Positions 1 to 12,769 of a stretch of DNA of 64,000 bases are shown one piece after another. The notes beneath the pieces are model-generated. The model searched no databases and was not told where the DNA came from. It saw nothing but the letters and a program-made list of their open reading frames with translations. A program made the translations under genes and the position numbers. This stretch comes from Nemertoderma westbladi (Eukaryota; Animalia; Xenacoelomorpha). The first letter of the stretch is position 1, and the number at the start of each line of letters is the position of its first letter. The stretch is from assembly GCA_032718475.1 (NCBI GenBank), contig JAUCBJ010008799.1:1-64000 (forward strand), given 5' to 3'.

Positions 1-203
1 CCTCATGGAGTGAATAAGCATGGTGGACAGCCCATGACTTTCTTGAGACGCATCTTAAAGGACACTGGCCTTAAAGATGCGGATGATCTAGCAAATGTCA
101 TGGGTGATAGGGAGTTGTGGCGGTGCAATTTTGTTGACAAGCCGGCACAGCATTCTTAAAAATGCAGCTGCAATGCAGCATGCCGATCCTAGTAGTAGTA
201 GTA
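1..203 (+). mobile_element. 3' end of RTE-like non-LTR retrotransposon with (GTA)n tail
   Basis: Near-identical to 19357-19577 (+) and 21450-21650 (-), which continue into RT-like sequence. Ends in cctagtagtagtagta, directly abutting the truncated gag of the next element. Confidence 0.8.
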
Positions 204-610
204 ATCTGGTGTTCCTCCACCGCAATCAATACCCTAGTGAGTACGGCTGCAGGAAGGATGAGAAGGGGATCCGAATAAATCGCATCTGCCATCTTTGCTC
301 CGCGCTCGGGTGTCAGCTCTACAGTATCCGCACTACTGGAGCTGTCGGGCCGCTGAGAAATAAGTTCTCGGCTCGAGTGTTGCTGCTGTTCAACAGCTGC
401 TTCTTGGTCCCGCTTGACCTGAGCTCGAGTGCCTATGATAGACCTACGGTGTTGGACTAGCCTAGGGTCTGATACTACTACTGGAGGGATGATCTTTCTT
501 ACAGTAGGAGGTGAGTTGAACTTCGGTCTCACACGTTCCACACTCCTGTCTGGCTCACAGATGGTTGTATCTAGGAGACTGTCTGACAGGTTTTGCTTTG
601 TGTCAGACAT
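204..610 (-). pseudogene. gag: BEL/Pao gag N-terminus, truncated by the RTE tail
   Basis: About 135 aa highly similar to ORF 48113..49039 up to IAVEEHQ, after which the ORF reads into the antisense RTE tail. Confidence 0.8.
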
Positions 611-3600
611 GTTTGTTTGTACAGTTGAATGCCTACTGCTATATTACAGTTAAAGCAAGTCTAGTAATTCAGTATCAACTATTAGCCTAGTAATTAATTA
701 CCGATATCGTTACTCTATGTAACGTGATATATATACAATATATTAGAGTACCGGTATACACTTATAGTATATATATAAGTATTATTACAGACTAGGTTTG
801 TCACAGAATACCAGTATATAATTTCAGCTCAAGTATATATAAATATATAAGCCTATCGTGAATACCGGTATACAGCTTACACTTATAATGTATATATAAG
901 TATAATTATAGACTAGAATTAATTACAGAATACCGGTATATATTTTCAGCCTAAATTTATAGAAATAAATATAATAAGCCTATCGTGAATACCGGTATAC
1001 AACTTACACTTATAGTATATAAGTATAATTATAAACTAGAATTAATTATAGAATACTGGTATATAATTTCAACTTAAATTTATAGAATAAATATAATAAG
1101 CCTATTGTAAATACCGGTATGTCAATTATTTTAGAATAATTGAATTTCTGAAATTTTAGGGGTTACTTGGTTATCTTACTTTACTTTATTACCGTTATTT
1201 AAGCAGTAGTCCAACTGATATTAAGACCTAATTGATGTATAACAGGCCTAATGTATTATAAATCGGTTTGAGTTGATTTATAATATATATACCCGTTTAA
1301 TGGGTTTTTGTCAATATTTGAAATAAATGTTATTATTTCTGGGAAGGAGTCACTACACAGAAGCTGTACGCTCTCAGTGAGGTGCTACCTATTGGACACT
1401 AAAACAAATAATTCTACTTGCCTAAGTTACTTAATACTACAAATTACGTACAATTACGGGGTGAGATTACAATCTCTAAATAAACACAAAAATTATACGT
1501 ACAAATTTTTAGGGTAATTTTACAAGAAGTCTACAAACCAGCCTAACAAAGGGTTAGAATATCTGGTTATTACAACGGACAGGATACTACGGTATTTGAA
1601 AATAATAAGCAGTAGTAAATACACTGCGTTGTCCAGATAGGAAAAATACCACTGTCTGACGACTTATAGCTGTATCGCTATAAGTACTATGTTATGTATC
1701 ACGGAGTGTTCCTACCTAGAAGTTAATTACCGCGGCCTACCAGAGCCAACGTGCCTATTAACCACTTTACAACACAAATATACTGCCTACATACTAATTA
1801 CCTTCGGAAAGCACTGTACACTAAACCCTAAATTAGGTACAAGTACTTATACAACAAATAACCAGCAGTTAGAAATACTTGTACAGCTAAAAGAACCACG
1901 GTATCTGCCGGAGTGACCAAAGCATAAAATCTCCAGTCTTTACCTACGCCAAACAGCCCTGATGTAGTACCGGGGTTAATTTAACTATAACGGTATGTAT
2001 AACAAGCACAATTACTGTAGGAATAAACTTGGGGTTGTGAATGTTGCGAATAATCGCATAAACTCTGAATAATAAATATTATGCTACCCTTACAGACTAC
2101 ACAAACAAAATACAGACCAAACGCTGGCAGACTACTATCAAGCCTAAATAAACCACAGTATATGCAGACTCCGAAATGGTTAGTTAGTATGCGTTCTAAC
2201 CGAGTAGTACGACTTATTCTTTCAGGGGGATTTACCTTACAGCACTGGATGCCACCCACTTTCCTAACTAGTACTTTATCGGACATACACTCTACACACA
2301 CTGCAATCTCTTCAGACTTAACAACAGTCAGACAACAGTCCAGCCTACAAATTATCTGTACAATCTGAGCAGGCTTACACGTATTCTGCTCAATATTAAC
2401 CTACAAATAAATAAAACTGACAGAAATAAGTAAACCATACAAAGGAATAAGGGGTGATCAATCCCTAATCCCCTAACAGCCTACAATATATCTTCAATCG
2501 AAATAATACTGGTGTACCTGTGCTGCTGTAAGTACCGGTTCGGGTGGTTAGGTAGTTAGGCCTACTGGTTACCGGTTGACCGGTACTTTAGTCTTTATTG
2601 CCTACGTCGCAATAAAGATCCTATAACTGTTATTGTTCGCGCTTTCAGACCTTTAGCAGTTTAACCTGCCAAATTTAGGTGTCTTCTAGATTATAAATCG
2701 ACTTTAGCCTATGACGAGTATTTGATACACTACATTAGCCGAAGCCAGCCTATGCGCGACCATTCACCCGCTGGATATACCCGGGAGACTGGATTCGGAA
2801 GCTCTGACCTTATTGCGATGTAGGCCTACTGTATTATTCGACTGATCGTTAATATATAATCTCTGACCAATATTATTCACTTTCGGGAAATATTAACAGT
2901 TCCTTTAGGACGTGGCGCTCTAAGTATGTAAACAGAGTTATGACTTACACTAAACACAACGGGATGGCTATTGATTCACGTATAAAGCGCATTCTTTAGG
3001 AGATGCTTTGTTATCTGTCACAATCATGCACACTACCACACAATGCTGCACACCGATCTGCCGACCTTCACTAATTTTAGTCACATATAAAGAGAACAGC
3101 AACCGACACATGTAGTGCCTATGAAATAGCATTAGATTCACTCCAAAACCAATATAATGTAAGTCGCAACTGCTATATGTAACCGGTCTCTTACCTTCAG
3201 TATATCAAGAAGATTGGGGTTTTATGATTATTTATCGATATTATCCAAATATAATAATATTCCATCAACTGATACAATTAATAACCGACAGTAAATAGCA
3301 GTAAAATAATGCGGTGTTTGTAGGTGACAATATGATTTGTAATAATATGACAATATGATGTTTTGGTTTGCCAGTTTGGTTTGTGGTTTGCGATAACAGT
3401 TATACGTTTCTATGATCAAAGCCTATTAATGTTTGGCTAAAGTCTGAAACACAGAATAATTCCAAAGCCGGTGTTCTAGGCTTAGGATAAATACACACTG
3501 ACTGAATTGCGTGAGTTTCTGTATACAATGTCCAACACAGAGTGAAAACCGCTCTGATTGGTCGACCGAACAAAGAACGAACAAATGACAAAGAAAAAGT

Positions 3601-3805
3601 TACACGTGGACACAGCTGATAGATGTAGTCATCAGAGTTCCGATGTTTAGAGTATTTGAGCTTATTGCGGAGAAAAATGGCTTTTTATGTCCGCTAAAGC
3701 ACACATGCAGACATAGCGGGCAAAATCGCTTGTTATGTCCGCTAAAATACCTACTCGGTATATTGCGGAGAAAAATAGCTTGTTACATCCGCAAAAGCTT
3801 TTACA
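204..3805 (-). mobile_element. 5' part (LTR, long leader, gag start) of a BEL/Pao element related to the one at 34897-52431, interrupted by the RTE insertion
   Basis: Colinear similarity to 48635-52431. Same terminus (plus-strand atccgcaaaagcttttaca, i.e. TGTAAAAGC on minus). Gag start MSDTKQNLSDSLLDTTIC matches MSDTQQNLSDSLIDTTIC at 49039. Confidence 0.85.
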
Positions 3806-4506
3806 ACTACTGTATGCAAATATTAGTGACGGGTAAAATAACAATTTTGAAAATTTTTGATTATTGAAAAAGTTTCCCATGTGTTACTGTGTATCCCATT
3901 CCATCTGCAGTGTAGGTAATAAATTTGGAACTCTTACCAGCTGGTTGAAATTGCAGTTATTTATTGATCGAAATTGAAATTTCTAGATAATATATAAATA
4001 AATGTGCCACAAAACCTTTAAATACAACAAAAACAGAATCTGTTATTTTTGAGATTTTTCCAATTATAAATTTGCTACTTTTGGCGATTTTGACAAAATA
4101 GTCAAAAATAATGTGGCCTGATCATTACCCATAGAAAATGATGTGTTCTATTTTTAAAAAGTGGCTGCTTGCCGCGGCCGCTCGCTGCTCCTGTGGTGTA
4201 TCATGGCCTTTAGAGAATACCCACTCGGTAGTCAACCCAAACGGAAGATCCTGACAAACGATATAGCGTCCATATATAGAAAACTCAACTTAATGAAAAC
4301 CTCAATGTTTCACTAATGAGGGACAGCCTAGAACTCATATCTCAGCTACCGTTCGATTAAAAAAACCCACATTTATAGAATATTTGAAAAACATCACATA
4401 AAGATATAAGTGTGTGCCTACAAAGGTGTGCTTTCCATTTCGGAAGCATACTACTACTACTATAATAGGCTTGCATCATTAAAGCTGAACAATGAGATGC
4501 TATGCG

Positions 4507-5050
4507 TGTGACGGGATCTACGGATCCCGGTTTATCCGTTGGGTTTTCTATCTACGCGTCCCCGCCGTGTGTGAAAGATAAAGAGTTTCTGTTGTTCGTT
4601 GTATTGCAATGTTCGAGGTATATACAATATAGATATAGATAATGATGACTGGTAATATTGTTGTACACGGAAGGCGGGAGACGGTAACTGAAATCCCGGT
4701 ACTTCCCTAGCTAAACTATTCTTACAGTAGTACCAATAACACTGAGATAACTGAGGTAATATGATTACTGGTTACTGGTTATATTGCACGGTGGCCTTAT
4801 TGCTCTACTCAATCGATGCCTTGCCCCCCTCTGATTGGTTGATACCCTTGTTGGCGCCCTTTGGAGTGTCCCGTTCACTCCACCTGTTCTCTCTTGGTTA
4901 GGGGTTTGGCCCAGGACCCTTGTTGTGTGGTTCTCCTTCCCACTCTATTGGGGTGACACGAGGTTGATATTGGTAATCAACCTCGTGCTCCCAATATTGC
5001 CTTATGGCTCACTCTATGGGTTTGTGTTAGCGGAATTGGATAAGCTAACA
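4507..5050 (-). repeat. 3' LTR of the gag-only element
   Basis: Starts tgtgacgggatctacggatcccgg and ends ggataagctaaca; both ends are repeated at 10789 and 12708. Confidence 0.85.
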
Positions 5051-5479
5051 CTCCCCCCCATGCTATCTTCCCGGTGAGAAGATAGCATCCAACTAAAGTG
5101 CGCTACAATTCCGCTGGATCCCGATCTAGCATCGGGTGTGGGGTGGGTATATTTTTTCGGAGTCGGCTTTCCAGGCCGCTCCCTATGGGTATGATGTCAC
5201 TACCCTCTGGCGTCTCGTGTCGGGCCGATCGTGCGCTTCTCTCACACAATTTTTGTTTCCCCAACACTCTCACCACTCTACTCCAACTCTCGCATACTCC
5301 CGGACCTCCTCGTCCCACACTCTTCCTCTCACTTCTCCTCCCCCACACTTGAATTGCGCCCACGCTCTCTTCGCACTCCGCACTATTACTCCATCCCTCC
5401 TTGACTACCTTATCCCTTCTGACGAATCTCACCCCCCCTCCGTGCCGTCGCACAAATGCTACCCCTGTGCTATCATACT

Positions 5480-6800
5480 ATCTACCTACTGCTTACTAAC
5501 TCTAACTATCTAACTAACTCTTACTAGCTCTCTACTTCTACTAACTCTACTTGACTCCTCTGAGTCTACCAACTCTGCTAACTAGCTCTACTAACTCTAC
5601 TCCACTAGCTCTGCTAACTCTACTCCACTAGCTCTGCTAACTCTACTAACTAGCTCTACTAACTCTACTCCACTCTTCTAACTACGTGGCGCTTGCGGTG
5701 CCCACAACCCCTTTACTACTACTTCCCTCTACGTGGCGCTTGCGGTGCCCACAACCACTCTACTATCTGGCACCCTATGTGCCCTCTACTACTCAACTAC
5801 CTCTCTAACTCTACTACCTGGCACCCTATGTGCCCTCTCTATTACTCTACTCTATCTCTAACTTTCTAACTCTACTACCTGGCACCCTATGTGCCCGTCT
5901 CTACTATTCTACTCTATCTCTAACTTTACTACCTGGCACCCTATGTGCCCTCTCTGTTACTCTACTCTATCTCTAACTTACCTCCTTTGCATCTACTCCC
6001 TTTACGTCTACTCGCCTACACGTGACGCTCTGAATGCCGGCAGAGTGGGTACGTTAATCATGTGAACTACTACTAACTCTTACTAACTCTACTACTAACT
6101 CTTACTATCTGGCACCCTTCGTGCCCTTCTACTAACTCTTACTATCTGGCACCCTTCGTGCCCTTCTACTAACTCTTACTATCTGGCACCCTTCGTGCCC
6201 TTCTACTCCTCAACTACCTCTCTAACTCTTTTTGTGCCCGGCACCTGTTGTGCCCGGCACCCACCCTAATTAACATACCCTGCTCTTACATCAAACACAT
6301 CATCACGCCCGTCCCCCACTAAGTTCAGCGCATTCCCTACTAACTCTAACTGCGTGGCGCTTCCGGTGCCCACAACCCTTCTACTGCTACTACTAACACT
6401 CCTAACTAGCGGTACTACGTACCCTCTTACTACTCTAGCTCTCTCTACTAACTAGCGGTACTACGTACCCTCTTACTCTTACTAACTCTCTCTACTCTTA
6501 CTAACTGGTACTACGTACCTTCTTACTCTTACTAACTCTCTTAACTCTTACTAACTGGTACTACGTACCTTCTTACTCTTACTAACTCTCTCTACTCTTA
6601 CTAACCGGTACTACGTACCCTCTAACTCTTACTCCCTAACGGTACTACGTACCACCCTCTAACTCTTACTCTCTAACGGTACTACGTACCCCTTAACTCC
6701 TACTCTCTAACGGTACTGCGTACCCTCTAACTCTTACTCTCTAACGGTACTACGTACCACCCTTTAACTAACTAACTAACTCTTACTACCTAACTTCTAC
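5480..6800. repeat. Compound C/T-rich tandem repeats inside the LTR element
   Basis: Reiterated units such as ctaactctact, ctggcaccctatgtgccc and ctaacggtactacgtacc. Confidence 0.85.
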
Positions 6801-6835
6801 CTACTTTATTATTTAATTATTTTCTTATTTTTTAA

Positions 6836-9800
6836 TTAAATAATTATTTTATATTTTGTGCGTGGGAAGGGCGTCTCGCCCTCATTCCCACCCCCCTCAG
6901 TCCAAAACTTTGGACGACTAAACACTCTCAGGTGCCCCTTCTTCCGGTAGGCACTCTCCCGCTGCCCTTCTATACGTCCTCTAACTCTTCGCCACAGTCT
7001 CTTCGATTCTACCTTTGCTGGCCTCCCCCTTCTTATGTGCGCTGGCATTAGAGCTCTCGACGACCCCCGCTCGTCCCTCGGTATACGCGGTGTCTGCCCA
7101 TGTAATGCCCCCTCGCACTGTGTCAGTCCTGCGTGTGTATGCAACACGCCTCCTTCTACTTTCCCGACTCCTTTATGTTTGCTAACGGGCTTCTCTGCCC
7201 CTGGTTTAGTCCTTTCATATCCTCTCCCTTTCCAACACTCTCCGGATCTGTGTCCTTTTACCACACATCGATGACATAGTCCGTTTGCGTCTGTGTAGGC
7301 TACACGATCTCGTTTGGGCAACGCTTGCCAGTACTTGCAACTCCTGGTCTTATGGGTTCCGTCCCGATGTAATTGACATTGGAATCCTGGATTATAGCGT
7401 TTCCTGTATAGTCCTTCACGTATCGCGCTTAGGTTTATATGTACCGATTTAGTGTTTCGATTGTCTAGACTCGGCCTACTGGGTATATTGGGATTGTGTT
7501 TATTTATGGTGTTATTTTCTTTCTGTCCCTGCCACGGTGTGGCCCTGCTACCAGCTAACTGTGGACTAGCAGTCCCCTGTACGGCCGCGTGTGGTGGTGA
7601 CTGTCCGCACGACCTGTTCTCGTCCAGGGAGTTCGATGTTCTTGCTCCTATCGGGGTATATTGTCGATATTGTGATGGGGGAATGTCACCCTGTCCCCCC
7701 CCGGCCGGTATGTTTGGTACTGGGGTTGATGTTAATACATTGGGGCCCATACGTCTATCTCCAATAACTCCCCCCTCCCCTGGATATATGTTATGTCCCT
7801 GTGTATTATAGTCATGCTGCTGTACCGATATAGCCCTACCTACCTCTCGCCTACCTACCGGTATGTACTCCGCGACTTCCGGGTTTAATCCCGTCGTTCG
7901 CGCTACCCTATCGCCTACTATATCTCTACCAGCATGGCCTATAATAGTATGTGCAGTAAGGCCTACAGTATGTCCTGCAGTCTGCATGTGCCCTTCCGAA
8001 CCGAAGTTTATTCTTCGCGAATCTCTAATCTCCCGGCGACTACCGTACTCTCGATCGGCAGCTATATCCCGTCGGGAAGCTTCTCTCCGATCCCCTCTCC
8101 TGTTCTCGACTTTGTATTGGTACCTCCTGTACCCCTCTCTTGGCGTGCGGTGCGTTTCTCCGGGGCGACGGCAATCTCCCGAAGTTCGACCCCACTGGCT
8201 CCCTGACTCCATCTCTACTGTCGATGGTCCGTTATCCGTCCTCGCACTGCTATCGTTCGTGGCGACACTTCTTCTACTATCTTCTCTTCTTCTCTTTTCT
8301 GTGTAGTATTCCGGCTCGTGAGGTCTCTCGTCGACCTCCCGGTTAAACTCCACTGTTCTTCTTCCCTCTTCTGATCGGGCTCGACGCTTCGCCTGCCCTC
8401 TCGCGACGTCAACCTGCCTCTCTCTGCTCGATCGCACGCCGCTGGGGATACTCGCAATCCCCCTATTACTCTCCGTCGCCGGGTGTTGCGGTTTACCTGA
8501 TTCGGCCCGCGCATTATCCGCTGACGGCTGTGGGACACTCTCTGCCCCCCCTCTCTCTCTACTAATCTCTCGTGGTGGGGTGCCCGTAGCCCCCCCCACC
8601 CGCCACTTCTAACTTCACTATCTCTTATTACACTTCTGCGTCCCTCTTGTCAGACATTCTCTACCCCCCTTCTCTCGCCACTAATCTTTCGTGGTGGGGC
8701 TCCTGTAGCCCCCCCCCCCCACCCGCTACTTCTAACTTCACTACCTCCTACTACACCTCTACACCCCTCTTGTGGGGCATTCTCTGCCCCCCCCTCTCTC
8801 GCCACTAGTCTTACGTGGTGGGGCGCCCGTAGCCCCCCCCCCACCCGCCACATCTAACTTCAATATCTCTTACTTCGTCTCTACACCCCTCTCTAGTCGA
8901 TGCACTGTCTCTACTACGGCTGGGTCTATTCACCCCCGCCTCTCTCTCTACTACTGCGTGGCCCATCAGGCCCATCTTGGGTTGGCTCAACCCCGCTACC
9001 TCCTGCCTACCAACTACGTGGCCTACCAGGCCGCCGTCGGGTTGGCTCAACCCTGCCACTTCCTGCCTACTAACTACGTGGCCTACCAGGCCACCGTCTG
9101 CTGAGTTATGTACGTCCGACACGCTCATATTAATAGCACCATTCCCAATATTATTTGTTAAATCAATTAAATTATTAGAATTTGAAACGAGATTTAAATT
9201 ATTTAAATTAGAATTATTTGAATTTTCAAAATTTAAATTATTATTCGTATTATTTGAATTATTCTGAATATTTGAACTAATGTTATTATTTGAATTTAAA
9301 TTTAAATTACTACTACCAGGTAAAATATTATTTCCTGTAATAAAGGGATTAGGGTTATCTACTACGGTACTATTAACATTAACATTTCCTAACGTACTAC
9401 TACTACCCCCCCCGCCCGTACGGCTACACCAGTTCTGGTTTTCTCGCTTGGTGCTTATAACTGGGGTCTCACTCTCTGATAGTTCCAACCGCGCCAGTTC
9501 TAGTCGGTGCTGGTCTAGTTTGGCTTGATATTGCGCAAGCCCCCTTAGCTGGGCACGCAAATCATCCCGCTCACGCTCTGCCTCTATCTCTCTCTCTATG
9601 CACTCTCGTAAACTTTGCTCGGCCAACTCGGTATCTCTCGCAACCATCTCAAGCCACGTCGCCGGCTCGTCCCCTACTCTCATCTCCCGCTCTCTACACT
9701 CCTTGACTCTCTCTCTATCCTCCCTTGCCCACTCTCTTTCTCTCTCCAACCATGCGGTTTCCTCTCTCAATTGTCTCTCTAACTCATTCTGCTCTGTCGC

Positions 9801-10349
9801 CACCATCGCTAATTCATACGTCAGATTTATTTTCAGCACCCTTCTTTCTTTCGCGGAGGATGTAGCAGACTTATCGGTTGCGACGGACTCCCGTTGCCCC
9901 TCCGTCCTACTAACTTTCCCCCGCTTCCCGGAACTTCCTCCGACCGACGAGACCGAATCCTCGGAGTTAACCTCGGATTCGCCCTCCTCAGGTCTCTTCC
10001 AACCCACTAATTTTACTCCCCGGGCATCGACTAAGTATGGCCCTATGTACACTACACTAGGTTCCATACCCCCACATTCCCATAGTTCAAACAGTTCGCT
10101 GGCAACCCCTTTTGCTCTCTCCCCGGCCAGTTCTCTCTGCCCAGAACACACTAGGTGATCAAAGTATCTGTTCGACTCACCTAGTCCCTTTGTCATCCTG
10201 ACCTCGTCTATCCTCGCCCCCTCCTTGGCCTCCTTTAGTAGTTCCCGGGTCGCGTTGTAGGCCCGTCGAAGTCGATCGGAAACCCCGACGTCCTCGTCGC
10301 CGACCTCTCCTCCATCTCTCCGGATCCGACGTCGTACCGACGGCCCCAC
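6836..10349 (-). pseudogene. gag: Gag-like protein split into two ORFs (512 and 587 aa): coiled coil, Asn-rich tract, zinc knuckles
   Basis: CQLHRDGTHKTRSC and CHRCVVKGHRSGEC are spaced like BEL/Pao gag knuckles. The two ORFs are linked through three ~120-bp repeats containing G homopolymers (8540-8870), the likely frameshift sites. Confidence 0.65.
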
Positions 10350-10788
10350 CGTCGCCGTTCCGGTGGACCGTTCGTCGTCCTCGGCCTGTGGCTGGCCGGC
10401 GACATCGGTACGTCGACCTTCACTCCGCGTCGACTAGTCTTTCTCCCTTTCGACTCCCGACTCGTCCTCTCTTTGTAGACGACCCCCCACATCTTGGTTC
10501 GCCGGGTCGCTCGTTATCGACGTGGCGTCAACGTGCGTCGACGTGGTCGGCGTAGCATCGACCGGCGTCGTGGGTTCGTATCGTCTCGCCGTGGCCTCGC
10601 GGATCGTTAGATCGTCGTCCGGGGTCCGCGGCGGTGTCGTTCCTCTCTCTCGACTCATCGTCGTCTTTGGTGTCTGGCAGCCACAGTCTGTCAGTTGGTT
10701 GGATCCAGTTCTATCACTGTCAGACTGTTAGGGCAGCTGCTAGGATTCTATCTCTGTCAGGGCAGCTGGGCGGATCTGATTCTATCAC

Positions 10789-12708
10789 TGTGACGGGATC
10801 TACGGATCCCGGTTTATCCGTTGGGTTTTCTATCTACGCGTCCCCGCCGTGTGTGAAAGGTAAAAGAGTTCTGATGTTCGGTTATATGTATAAGGTATAA
10901 TATAGTTGATATATAGGCTTTAGTATAGTATGGCACAGTTACCGGTAGATAAGTATGATGGCGGTAGCGGACGGTGATAGAAGTCACCGTTCCACCCTAC
11001 TGAACTAACTGAGTAAACTGAATGAATGATTTTTTTTTTTTTGGTGCTTGGGTGAGATGATAGTATAATAACATAGTTGATACAATGGATTTCAAATTGC
11101 ACTATTACACCCTATCACCAAATCTGATTTATACAATGAGGTACAGTGATACGGATGTAAGGGGGAAATTCAAAACAGTTGGTTGTTTATGTTGTAGGCC
11201 TACTGCAGTACTGGTCAGCTATTGTAGGCCTGTACGACTGCGCTGTACTACCAGGCTACGGCTCAGTGTCGGCGTTGTCCAACCGAATGGAGGCATCAGA
11301 CACTGGACAATGAACCGGCCGTTTAGAGGCTGACCTACAACCTCGAAGGCAGAGCAGGGAGGAACGAAGCAACGCGAAGTTTAACTTGCGCCGGATCCAC
11401 GTGACGCATTCCGAGTACCTGACCTCGCGTTTGTCCGCGAGCTTCTGTCCCAGGCGCTTAACAAACTGGCGCGTGGTCGGCGCCATCCCGCCAAAGGCCG
11501 AGAATATGAGGGGGACGAAAGTAGAATGTTCCACCTCCCGTATCCTCTCCTCGTACTTAAGAATCTTACGATTCTCGTGGTGGAGGTGCGCTGCGTCTAG
11601 GGACATAGCCGCGTTCGTCGCCGCCAGCGGGTTAAACACGGACACGTCGATGAACGACCGCTGGAATCGGTTTCCCCAGAAGCCGCTCACAGACACATCC
11701 AGCCTCGCCTGCTGGTCCGTCGAGGTGGTACGATGGGTGAAAGTTTCACCGGATAACGGCTGGAGCATCGGCTCAACAGCAACGCTGTAGGCGACCTCAG
11801 TGAGCGAGTTGGCGACGAAATCACGTATCTCATTGTGCCTGATGGAGGGGAAACCTCCAGTTGGGCACGACAGGACGTGGGTTGCAGAAAATCGCGCCCC
11901 ACAGGCACAACGAGATGGTAGATTCTTCGGACACCAACCGTAGCGGAGACACACCGCATCCCGGAACTCTTCTTTACTCAGGTGAGTAACTTGTAGGGTT
12001 AGTGGCTTGGAGTTTAACCAAGCTGACGCACCTTTTTCTGTTGTGAGTTCACACAGTTTGCGTTGGTCTGTGGGTAACTGGGCGTAAACTTGTTCCCTTT
12101 TAGTACGAGACGATGTTATGGACTCCGCCTTCACCTCGATCACGATCCGTCTCTGTGCAGTCCGCACCGCTGCCATCGACTCCGCATCTGCGAACGGTTC
12201 ACAGACTCGGCGCGAGTGGTCATACTGCGTCTCCAAGTCGGAAGGAACCGGGATACCCAATCCGCCATCCCGAGTTGGGAGGGAGACTAGTTGGCGTTCA
12301 ACCGCCGATAGCGACGGCCTGTCGAGCAGTTTGGCGATGAACCGCTGCAACGTCTCCTCCAGCTTCCCGAAGTGCTCCGTTGCGTTGAAACTGAATGAAT
12401 GATTGCTGTACAGGTAATATATATTGCACGGGTTTGGCCGTTACAGTACTTAGTCGATGCTGTCCCCCCATTGGCTAATATCCCTGTTGGCACCCTTTGC
12501 CCCCCTCTGAAGTGCTTCCCTTCGCCCTTGCTGTTCTCTCTTGGTTAGGGGTTTGGCCCCTGACCCCTATTGTGTGTGTCTCCTTTGGGGCCTATTGTCC
12601 CTGTTTACTGGGCTGACACGAGGTTGATTGGTAATCAACCTCGTGCTCCCAATATTGCATTATGGCTCACTCTATGGGTTTGTGTTAGCGGAATTGGATA
12701 AGCTAACA
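10789..12708 (-). repeat. 5' LTR of the gag-only element, split by a non-LTR insertion
   Basis: Matches both ends of 4507-5050; interrupted at 11032-12387. Confidence 0.85.
11032..12387 (-). mobile_element. 5'-truncated CRE-like non-LTR retrotransposon (RT C-terminus, CCHC, restriction-like endonuclease)
   Basis: 364-aa ORF with LPTRDGGLGI, CACGARFSATHVLSC, RHNEIRD, RLD...FIDVSV and HENRKILKY. Poly(A) appears as a T run at 11030-11042. 17-bp TSD aaactgaatgaatgatt at 11015-11031 and 12388-12404. Confidence 0.9.
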
Positions 12709-12769
12709 ATGCGGGTTTAAGTATAAATATTTCTGCCGCCGCCATGCATCCACAATATGCCTATCCCAA

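Larger units (their letters stand above)
4507..12708 (-). mobile_element. Non-autonomous gag-only LTR retroelement with 5-bp TSD ATGCG
   Basis: TG...CA direct repeats at 4507-5050 and 10789-12708 (the latter interrupted). ATGCG at 4502-4506 and 12709-12713. Polypurine tract GGGGGGGAG on minus at 5051-5059. Zinc-knuckle ORF inside; no RT or integrase motifs seen. Confidence 0.88.

Noticed and set aside
4507-12708. DIRS-type element (because of internal complementarity to the termini)
   Set aside because: TG..CA direct LTRs, a PPT and a 5-bp TSD indicate integrase-type insertion; no tyrosine recombinase is present.
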